Shown in pieces: positions 38,083-44,722 of a stretch of 44,722 nt of DNA. Location of the stretch: contig DASWBP010000090.1 of NCBI GenBank assembly GCA_036390555.1, forward strand, positions 1-44,722, given 5' to 3'. How positions within the stretch are numbered: the first letter of the stretch is position 1; every line of letters begins with the position of its first letter. The DNA is from Burkholderiales bacterium (GTDB lineage Bacteria > Pseudomonadota > Gammaproteobacteria > Burkholderiales > SG8-39). The notes beneath the pieces are model-generated. The model saw nothing but the letters and a program-made list of their open reading frames with translations. It did no database searches and had not been told where the DNA came from. The translations under genes were made by a program, and so were the position numbers.

Positions 38083-38175
38083 CCGGCGCTAGGCTGTCAA
38101 CGACGCACGTCGCCCGCGCGCAGGGCCGGCAAGGCCCGCCGTGCGGGGCGCGCGCCGCCGCCGAGGCCCTCACCG

Positions 38176-38874
38176 ATGAGCTATGTGATCACGCCGCGCA
38201 ACGAGCGCACCCAGCCGATCCGCATCGTCCCCGGCTATCCGCAGACGCCGTGGCGCAACCCGAAACAGCCGCTCATCAGGCGCGCGCTGACGCTTTCCGA
38301 GCTCACCGGGCCGTCGGAGATCGCCAAGCGCGTCAAGCTGCTTGGCGGGGACATCGCCGGCCACGGCGAGCGGCAGGCGATCGGGCAGCTGATGCATTTG
38401 AAGCTGCGCATCGTGGACGAGGACGGCTCGCCGGTGGGCGGCACGATGGTCGAGATCTGGCAGGCGAACGGGGCGGGGCGCTACATCCATCCGAACGACG
38501 ACGAGCATGCGCCGGTGGACCGCAACTTCTATGGCGCGGCGCGCCTGCTCACCGACGAGACGGGCGCGATCGACCTGCGCACCGTGAAGCCCGGCGCCTA
38601 CCCGGTACCCACCAGGGACGGCTGGTGGCGCCCGCCGCACATCCACTTCTCGCTCTTCGGCAGGGTGTGGCTCTCGCGCCTCGTCACGCAGATGTATTTC
38701 CCGGGCGAGCCGCTCAATGGCCAGGACCGCATCCTGAACGCGGTGCCCGACGCCGGCGCGCGCGAGCGCCTGATCGCGCGCCTCGTGCCGCCCACGGGCG
38801 ATCCGCACAACGCGCTCGTCTTCGAGCACCAGATCGTGCTGCGCGGCCGCAAGGCCACGCCGGCGCAAGTTTGA
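38176..38874 (+). CDS. pcaH: protocatechuate 3,4-dioxygenase beta subunit
   Basis: VEIWQANGAGRYIHPND, KPGAYPVP, WRPPHIHFSLFG, TQMYFPGEPLN. Confidence 0.9.
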   Translation: MSYVITPRNERTQPIRIVPGYPQTPWRNPKQPLIRRALTLSELTGPSEIAKRVKLLGGDIAGHGERQAIGQLMHLKLRIVDEDGSPVGGTMVEIWQANGAGRYIHPNDDEHAPVDRNFYGAARLLTDETGAIDLRTVKPGAYPVPTRDGWWRPPHIHFSLFGRVWLSRLVTQMYFPGEPLNGQDRILNAVPDAGARERLIARLVPPTGDPHNALVFEHQIVLRGRKATPAQV

Positions 38875-38923
38875 AGGAGTGCGCCTGGCGGCACCCCGCA
38901 CCCCTGCAAAGAGTGACCAGCCG

Positions 38924-39577
38924 ATGACGAAGAAGCGCAAGCCACCTCAGAGTCGCCGCATGGCGACTCGAAAGCCGGCGAAGCTTGCACGCCGCAAGCC
39001 GGCGGAGGCCAAGGCACGCAAGCGGCTGGTGCCGACCGGCGAGGCGACCATCGGGCCGTTCTTTCCGCCGCGCTACGTGGACGCGGGCGCGAACGACCTC
39101 ACGCAGTTCGAGGACCGCACGGCCGACGGCGAGGCGATCGAGATCGTGGGCGTGGTGCGCCAGGAGGATGGTGCGCCGCTCGACAACCTGGTGGTCGAAA
39201 TCTGGCAACCGGACGCGAAGGGCATCTTCCGGCACGCCGCGGATCCGCGTCATCGCGAGGCCGACCCCAAATTCTTCGGCTGGGGGCGCGCGGCGACCGA
39301 CAAGGAGGGCCGCTTCAGCTTTCGCACCATCCGTCCCGGCGCGCCGCAGGGGCGCGCGCGGCACATCAACGTCATGGTGATGTTTTCCGGGCTGATGCGC
39401 ATCCTCAAGACCACGATGTTCTTCCCGGGCGAGGCGGCGAACGACATCGATCCCGTCTGCAAGGCGGTGCCGCAGGCGCGGCGCAGCCTGCTCGTGGCGC
39501 GCGAGGAGGCGCCCGGGCGCTACCGCTTCGACCTGAAACTGCGCGGCGCGAATGAGACCCCGTTCTTCGACGATTGA
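38924..39577 (+). CDS. pcaG: protocatechuate 3,4-dioxygenase alpha subunit (start uncertain)
   Basis: Core runs from GEATIGPFFPP to NETPFFDD. In-frame starts are GTG 38879, ATG 38924, ATG 38960 and GTG 39029. The last gives the usual length with no basic extension. Confidence 0.82.
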   Translation: MTKKRKPPQSRRMATRKPAKLARRKPAEAKARKRLVPTGEATIGPFFPPRYVDAGANDLTQFEDRTADGEAIEIVGVVRQEDGAPLDNLVVEIWQPDAKGIFRHAADPRHREADPKFFGWGRAATDKEGRFSFRTIRPGAPQGRARHINVMVMFSGLMRILKTTMFFPGEAANDIDPVCKAVPQARRSLLVAREEAPGRYRFDLKLRGANETPFFDD

Positions 39578-40037
39578 CCCCCCGGGTATCCGGGAGTTGC
39601 TGTCCTACCGGCTGCACGTCGTCGCCAACCTGTTGTCGCGCGGCGCGGAGCTGCGCTACGGGCGCGAGTTCGGCGTGAGCCTGTGGGAGTGGCGCACGGT
39701 CGCGTTGCTCGGCGGCGCCGCGGGCGCGCAGTCGCTCAACGAGCTCGCGCGCTCGGCGGGCATCGACAAGAGCCAGATGAGCCGCGTGGTGTCCGGCCTT
39801 GCCGCGCGCGGCCTCGTGCTGCGCGCGATCGACGCGAACGACGGACGCGGCGTGCGCCTCACTCTTACGCGCAAGGGGCGCAAGCTTTACGAGGGACTGA
39901 TCCACGCCGCGGCAGAGCGCAACGACGCCTTCCTCGGCTGCCTGACGGAGAAGGAGCGCGCCACCTTTGACGCCGCGCTGGACAAGCTCGCGGCGCGGGC
40001 GCGCGAGTTCATCGAGCGAGAGCGCTCGGCGCCATGA
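39552..40037 (+). CDS. MarR family transcriptional regulator
   Basis: 161 aa. The winged-helix segment (LNELARSAGIDKSQMSRVVSGLAARGLV...DGRGVRLTLT) overlaps the pcaG end by 26 nt. Confidence 0.88.
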   Translation: MRPRSSTIDPPGIRELLSYRLHVVANLLSRGAELRYGREFGVSLWEWRTVALLGGAAGAQSLNELARSAGIDKSQMSRVVSGLAARGLVLRAIDANDGRGVRLTLTRKGRKLYEGLIHAAAERNDAFLGCLTEKERATFDAALDKLAARAREFIERERSAP

Positions 40038-40978
40038 AGACGCGCATCACCGAGCTGCTCGGCATTCGCCACCCCATCATCCAGGCGGCGATGAGCTGGG
40101 CGTCGTCCAATGCGCCGCTCGTCATCGCCGTGTCGAACGCCGGCGGCATGGGGGTGATCGCCGCCGGGCCGATGCGGCCCGAGGATTTCCGCCGCGCGCT
40201 TGCCGACATCAAGGCGGGCACCGGCAAGCCCTATGGGGTCAACATCCCGCTCAACAACCCGCGCGCGCCGGAGCTGCTCGACATCGCCTACGAGGCGAAG
40301 ATTCCGGTGATGGTCGCCTCGCAGGGCGGTCCGAAGGAGCAGCTCGCGCGCTTTCGCGCGATCGGCACGAAGTGGCTGCACGTGGTGGCCTCCGTGGAAC
40401 ATGCGAAGAAGGCCGAGGCCGCGGGCGTGGACGCGCTCGTGGTGGACGGCATGGAAGCGGGCGGGCATCCGCCGCCCTCCGAGGTGACGACGCTCGTGCT
40501 CGTGCGGCGCGTGGCGAGGGCGGTGAAGCTGCCGCTCGTCGCGAGCGGCGGCGTGGCGGATGGCGCGGGCATCGCCGCGCTCCTTGCGCTCGGCGCGGAC
40601 GCGGTGCAGCTCGGCACGCGCTTCATCGCCACGCCCGAGGCGAGCGTGCACGAGAACTACAAGCGCGCGGTGCTTGCCGCGGACGTGGACGGCTCTACGC
40701 TGGTTGCTCGCGGCAGGCTGCCGATCCGGCAGCTCAAGAACAAGTTCTCCGAGCGCTTCAACGCGGCCGAGCGCGCGGGCGCCACGCAGGTCGAGCTCGA
40801 TGCGCTGTTCAAGACCTCCAGCCTCAAGCAGGCGGCGCTGGAGGGCGACGTCGAGTGGGGCAAGGTGGAAGCGGGCCAGTCTGCGGGCCTCGTCGACGAA
40901 ATCCTGCCCGCGGCCGAAGTGATGCGCCGCCTCGTCGCCGAGCTCGAAGAGGCGTGCTCGCGCCTCGCAAGGCTGTGA
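40034..40978 (+). CDS. nitronate monooxygenase / FMN-dependent NMO-family oxidoreductase
   Basis: LGIRHPIIQAAMSWAS and VSNAGGMGVIAAG motifs. ATGA overlap with the MarR gene. Confidence 0.88.
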   Translation: MKTRITELLGIRHPIIQAAMSWASSNAPLVIAVSNAGGMGVIAAGPMRPEDFRRALADIKAGTGKPYGVNIPLNNPRAPELLDIAYEAKIPVMVASQGGPKEQLARFRAIGTKWLHVVASVEHAKKAEAAGVDALVVDGMEAGGHPPPSEVTTLVLVRRVARAVKLPLVASGGVADGAGIAALLALGADAVQLGTRFIATPEASVHENYKRAVLAADVDGSTLVARGRLPIRQLKNKFSERFNAAERAGATQVELDALFKTSSLKQAALEGDVEWGKVEAGQSAGLVDEILPAAEVMRRLVAELEEACSRLARL

Positions 40979-41037
40979 AAATGGGGGCCGGGCCGAATTT
41001 TTTTCCGGACAGGAAATTCGGCCCTGACCCCATTTTT
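40977..41037. repeat. long REP-like hairpin, variant family (AAAATGGGG...CCCCATTTT)
   Basis: The 23-nt arms aaaatgggggccgggccgaattt and aaattcggccctgaccccatttt pair with 2 mismatches around a 13-nt loop. Starts at the NMO stop codon. Confidence 0.75.
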
Positions 41038-41748
41038 GTCGAGGACTTGGAGGGGGTGCGGGTCCTCGTCATGAATCGTCCCGAGAAGCGCAATGCGCTG
41101 AATACGGCGCTGACGCAGGCGCTGCTCGAGGCGCTGCGCGCGGCGGACGCCGACGAGGAAGTGCGCTGCGTGGTGCTCACCGGCGCGGGGCAGGGGTTCT
41201 GCGCGGGCGCGGACCTCGCCGAGTTCAAGGACCTCACGCCCGACAGGCAGCACCTCGTGGAAGCGCGCGCGGATCTGACGATGCAGCTGCACCTCGCGTT
41301 TCCCAGGCTCGCCAAGCCCGTGGTGACCGCCATCAACGGCGCGGCGATGGGCGGCGGAGCGGGGCTCGCGATCGCGGGCGACCTCGCGGTGATGGCCGAG
41401 GACGCGACCCTCGGCTACCCGGAAACCAGGCACGGCATCGTCGCGGCGATCGTCATGGCGAACCTCGTGCGCCAGGCGGGCCGCAAGGCGGCCTTCGAGC
41501 TGGTGGCGCTCGGCGAGCCGGTGAGCGCGCCGCGCGCGCTGGCGCTCGGGCTGGTCAACCGTGTCGTGCCCGCCGCGAAGCTCATGGACGAGGCGCTCGG
41601 GCTTGCGCGCAAACTCGCGGCGGTGAGCCCGCCCGCGATGCGGTTGACCAAACAGCTTTTCCACGAAGCGGCCGACCTGCCGCTCGCGCAGGCGCTCGAG
41701 CGCGGCCGCGAGGCCAACAAGAGGATGCGCGCTTTTCGCAAGCCATGA
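40981..41748 (+). CDS. enoyl-CoA hydratase/isomerase (crotonase) family protein; 5-prime end uncertain
   Basis: MNRPEKRNAL and GAGQGFCAGADL motifs. The only upstream in-frame ATG (40981) lies inside the hairpin. Alternatives are TTG 41047 and GTG 41056. Confidence 0.8.
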   Translation: MGAGPNFFPDRKFGPDPIFVEDLEGVRVLVMNRPEKRNALNTALTQALLEALRAADADEEVRCVVLTGAGQGFCAGADLAEFKDLTPDRQHLVEARADLTMQLHLAFPRLAKPVVTAINGAAMGGGAGLAIAGDLAVMAEDATLGYPETRHGIVAAIVMANLVRQAGRKAAFELVALGEPVSAPRALALGLVNRVVPAAKLMDEALGLARKLAAVSPPAMRLTKQLFHEAADLPLAQALERGREANKRMRAFRKP

Positions 41749-41751
41749 GCC

Positions 41752-42639
41752 ATGGGCGTCACGTACTCCCTCCTGGCGATGCTGTCCTTCGCCACCAACA
41801 TCATCATCACGCGCTACGCCGTGGCGCGCCTGCCGGTGGAGGCGGGGTTCTTCATCGTGCTCGCGACGAACGTGCTGTTTCCCGCGGCGATCTTCGCCGC
41901 GGAGCTCGCCGCGCGCGAGGCACCCTACGGCTGGAACTGGACGGGCGCCTGGATGTTCGCCGTGGGCGGCGTGGTCGGCACCTTTCTCGGCCGGCGCTTC
42001 CTCTTCGACACGGTGAAGCTCCTTGGCCCTTCGCGCGCGAGCGTGTTCCATTCCACCTCACCGGCCTTCGCGTTGCTGGCGGCCTGGCTGCTCGCCGGCG
42101 AGATCCTCGGCGCCTACGAGATCATGCTCATGGCGGTCGTGTGGGTCGGCCTGTGGCTCACGCAGCCGCGCACGGGTTCGGCGCACGCGCTCGCGCCGGA
42201 CGTCGCGCGCAAGGGCTTCCTGGCGGGCTTGCTCACGGTGGCGGGCTTCGGCTTCGGCAACGTGATCCGCGGCATCGCCATGCGCAACTGGGAGGAGGCC
42301 GCGCTCGGCACGGTGATCGCCTCGGTCGCCGCGCTCGCCTGCCAGGTGGTGGTGACGCGCAACTGGCCGCGCATCGTCGGGCAATTGCGCGCCGCCGACC
42401 GCACCACGGTGCTGCTCTACATCGGCTGCGGCGTGTTCACCTCGCTCGGCTCGATCTTCATCTCGCTCGCCATGACGAAGATCGAGATCGCGCTCGCGGT
42501 GCTGGTGGTGCACACCACGCCGCTGGTCATCTTCCCGGTGAGCGTGTGGCTGCTGAAGAACCGCGAGGAGCTCACGCCGCGCACCGTCTCGGGCGCGCTG
42601 ATCGTGCTGGCCGGCATCGCGTTGCTCACGCTGCGCTAG
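41752..42639 (+). CDS. DMT superfamily (EamA-like) transporter
   Basis: 295 aa with about 10 TM segments. Confidence 0.8.
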   Translation: MGVTYSLLAMLSFATNIIITRYAVARLPVEAGFFIVLATNVLFPAAIFAAELAAREAPYGWNWTGAWMFAVGGVVGTFLGRRFLFDTVKLLGPSRASVFHSTSPAFALLAAWLLAGEILGAYEIMLMAVVWVGLWLTQPRTGSAHALAPDVARKGFLAGLLTVAGFGFGNVIRGIAMRNWEEAALGTVIASVAALACQVVVTRNWPRIVGQLRAADRTTVLLYIGCGVFTSLGSIFISLAMTKIEIALAVLVVHTTPLVIFPVSVWLLKNREELTPRTVSGALIVLAGIALLTLR

Positions 42640-42714
42640 CGACATGACCCCGGCCGCCGCCACGCCGATGCCCGCACTCATGCGGCCGCCCGCAACGCCG
42701 GCGCAGCGCACGCC

Positions 42715-43899
42715 ATGAAGCCGCTGCAGCACCTCACGATCCTCGACCTCTCGCGCGTGCTCGCCTGCCCCTTCGCGAGCATGATCCTCGCGGAGCTCGG
42801 CGCCACGGTGATCAAGGTGGAGCAGCCGGGCGCCGGCGACGAGACACGCGGATTCGAGCCGCAGCTCGCCACGGACTCCGCGTACTACTTCGCCTGCAAC
42901 CGATCGAAGGCCTCGATCACGGTCAACCTGCGCTCGGACGAGGGCCGCAGGATCATCCGCGAGCTCGCGCAGCAGGCCGACGCCTTCGTCGAGAACTTCC
43001 CCGTGGGCACGCTTGGCCGCCAGGGCCTGGATTTCGCGACGCTCTCGACGCTCAATCCGAAGCTCGTCTACGTCTCCTGCACGGGCTTTGGCCAGACCGG
43101 GCCCTATGCGCACAAGAAGGGCTACGACACGGTTTTCCAGGCGATGGGCGGCCTGATGAGCCTCACGGGCGAGAAGGGCGGCGGCCCGGTGAAGCCGGGC
43201 CTTCCCGTCGCCGACCTCACCTCCGGATTGTGGGTGGCGATCGCGATCCTCGCCGCGCTCGCCGGGCGCGAGAGGAGCGGCCGCGGCGCGCACGTGGACT
43301 TCTCGATGCTCGACGGGCAGGTGAGCCTGCTTACCCTTGCCGCGGCGCGCTACTTCGCGCTGGGCGAGATCCCCCCGCGCCTTGGCACCGAGCATCCGGG
43401 ACGCGTGCCCACGGCGACCTTCCGCTGCAAGGACGGCAAGTACGCGCACATCACTGCGAGCGACCAGCACTGGCAGCCGCTCTGCGAGGCGCTCGGCCTC
43501 GCGAAATTGGGGTCTGACCCCAATTTCGGCAGCAACGCCCTGCGTCTCGCACGGCGCGAAGAGGTGATGGCGGCGCTTGCCGAGGCGGTCGGCAAGCTCA
43601 CGCGAGCGGAGCTCCTCGCGAAGCTCGACGCGGTGGAAGTGCCGGTGGGACCGGTCAACGACGTCGCCGAGATCGTCGCCGACCCGCACGTGCGCGCGCG
43701 AAAGCTCGTGGGCAGCTTCGACTACCCGGGCGTCGGCGAATTCAAGGCGCTCGCGCTGCCGTACAAGTTCCTCGGCTGGGACGACCCGCAAGTCGGGCGG
43801 CCGCCCGCGCTCGGCGAGCACAACGAGGCGATCCTGAAGGAGCGCCTGGGCTATTCCGACGAGCGCATCGCCGAGCTGCGCAAGGCGCGCGCAATATGA
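42715..43899 (+). CDS. CaiB/BaiF family (type III) CoA-transferase
   Basis: ILDLSRVLACPFASMILAELGATVIKVE N-terminus and GYDTVFQAMGGLMSLTG. Confidence 0.92.
   Translation: MKPLQHLTILDLSRVLACPFASMILAELGATVIKVEQPGAGDETRGFEPQLATDSAYYFACNRSKASITVNLRSDEGRRIIRELAQQADAFVENFPVGTLGRQGLDFATLSTLNPKLVYVSCTGFGQTGPYAHKKGYDTVFQAMGGLMSLTGEKGGGPVKPGLPVADLTSGLWVAIAILAALAGRERSGRGAHVDFSMLDGQVSLLTLAAARYFALGEIPPRLGTEHPGRVPTATFRCKDGKYAHITASDQHWQPLCEALGLAKLGSDPNFGSNALRLARREEVMAALAEAVGKLTRAELLAKLDAVEVPVGPVNDVAEIVADPHVRARKLVGSFDYPGVGEFKALALPYKFLGWDDPQVGRPPALGEHNEAILKERLGYSDERIAELRKARAI
43505..43525. repeat. exact intragenic copy of the REP palindrome AATTGGGGTCTGACCCCAATT
   Basis: Identical 21-mer to 2147-2167. Read in frame within the CoA-transferase as K-LGSDPNF. 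Confidence 0.85.
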
Positions 43900-44624
43900 C
43901 CGAGCCGACGATCCGCTACACATCGCAGGGCGGCGTGGCGACGATCACGCTCAACCGGCCCGAGAGCCGCAACGCGCTCAACCTCGCCATGTGCGAGGAG
44001 TTGCGTGCCGCGGCCGAACGCGCCGCGGCGGATCCCGAGGTCAGGCTGGTCCTTGTCCGTGCCAACGGCCCGGTGTTCTGCGCGGGCGCGGACCTCAAGG
44101 AGCGCCAAGGCATGAGCGAGGCGCAGGTGCGCGAGCGGCGCATGAAAGCCTTCGCCGCCTATGCGGCGATCGAAGCGTTGCCCATGCCGGCAATCGCCGT
44201 GGCCGAAGGTCCCGTGGTCGGCTCAGGCTGCGAGATTGCCTGCGCCTGCGATTTCATCGTCGCCACGCAGGCGGCGTCGTTTCGCGCGCCGGAGGCGATC
44301 CGAGGCACGGTCGGCGCGACGCAGCGCCTGCCGCGCATCCTCGGCAAGCGCCTGGCGAAGGACATGCTTTTCACCGGCAGGACGCTTGCGGCGGACGAGG
44401 CAGAGCGCCACGGCCTGGTCTCCCGACTGGTGGAAACCGCGACGCTCGACGCTGTCCTCGCGGAGATCGCCAGGACCATCGTGCAGGCGCCGGCGCAGGC
44501 ACTGCGCCTCGCCAAGCGCTGCGTGGACCGCGGCGTGGAGCTCGACCCGAAGGGCGCGCTCGAGACAGAGATCGCGGCGATCGAGGAGCAGCTCGCCTCC
44601 GGCGCGTGGATGGGGAAGGCGTGA
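43896..44624 (+). CDS. enoyl-CoA hydratase/isomerase family protein
   Basis: ITLNRPESRNAL and FCAGADLKE motifs. ATGA overlap with the CoA-transferase gene. Confidence 0.9.
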   Translation: MTEPTIRYTSQGGVATITLNRPESRNALNLAMCEELRAAAERAAADPEVRLVLVRANGPVFCAGADLKERQGMSEAQVRERRMKAFAAYAAIEALPMPAIAVAEGPVVGSGCEIACACDFIVATQAASFRAPEAIRGTVGATQRLPRILGKRLAKDMLFTGRTLAADEAERHGLVSRLVETATLDAVLAEIARTIVQAPAQALRLAKRCVDRGVELDPKGALETEIAAIEEQLASGAWMGKA

Positions 44625-44722
44625 CGCCGCCGCTGCATTGCGAAGTGTCGGGCAGCGGCGAGGCGGTGCTGCTGATCCATGGCATGGCGCTCGACCTGCG
44701 CATGTGGGACGACCAGGTGGAC
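44621..44722 (+). CDS. alpha/beta-fold hydrolase, N-terminal fragment (runs off the window)
   Basis: GTG overlaps the upstream stop (GTGA). GEAVLLIHGMALDLRMWDDQ is typical of the alpha/beta hydrolase N-terminus. Confidence 0.6.
   Translation, partial: MTPPLHCEVSGSGEAVLLIHGMALDLRMWDDQVD

Noticed and set aside
33274-39577. Two intradiol dioxygenase loci considered as a recent duplication
   Set aside because: The 289-aa single-subunit enzyme and the PcaH/PcaG heteromer differ in architecture and sequence, so they are distinct family members rather than duplicates.
42058-43923. 621-aa minus-strand ORF antisense to the DMT transporter and CoA-transferase genes
   Set aside because: No recognisable motifs and a GC-frame composition. 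The plus-strand genes are well supported.
1-44722. Search for CRISPR arrays, tRNA/rRNA genes, IS elements, integrases, and phage or defence genes
   Set aside because: I found no regularly spaced direct repeats, no transposase, recombinase or nuclease-like translations, and no cloverleaf-like or rRNA-like segments. The only dispersed repeats are the short REP palindromes.

Overview
Very GC-rich, gene-dense window. I count about 47 protein-coding genes on both strands, many joined by 4-nt ATGA, GTGA or TTGA stop/start overlaps. I recognise no rRNA, tRNA, CRISPR array, IS element, integrase or phage gene. The gene content looks like core or metabolic chromosome of a Burkholderiales-type betaproteobacterium; this is an inference from two Bug/TctC-type binding proteins and GGGGTCAGACCCC-type REP palindromes. 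In order, the window holds: the tail of an AAPK-repeat protein; kup; an orphan TRAP permease pair convergent with a complete TRAP P-Q-M operon plus a class II aldolase; ltaE; a DUF4337 protein; an EamA exporter; an aminotransferase coupled to a Bug binding protein; an uninterrupted urtABCDE-ureDABCEFG block behind a textbook sigma54 promoter; a trypsin-fold/PDZ protein and a bactofilin; a D-aminoacylase and an SDR; a methyltransferase convergent with egtB and a ferritin-like protein; a 2-hydroxyacid dehydrogenase and a second Bug protein; an intradiol dioxygenase; an HMGL-like/TauE/MetE-like/HtrA operon; and a same-strand block of pcaHG, MarR, nitronate monooxygenase, crotonase, DMT transporter, CoA-transferase, crotonase and hydrolase. 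I do not see a convincing defence island or any clearly new multi-gene system. The items most worth a second look are: (1) an exact copy of the intergenic 21-nt REP palindrome sitting in frame inside the CoA-transferase gene; (2) a REP-like hairpin that supplies the only ATG for a crotonase gene; (3) a signal-less HtrA-like protein whose catalytic His and Ser appear substituted, next to a bactofilin; (4) an egtB with no egtD; (5) a 2-TM HupE/UreJ-like stub at the end of the urease cluster. All functional calls come from reading motifs in the supplied translations. No database search was run.
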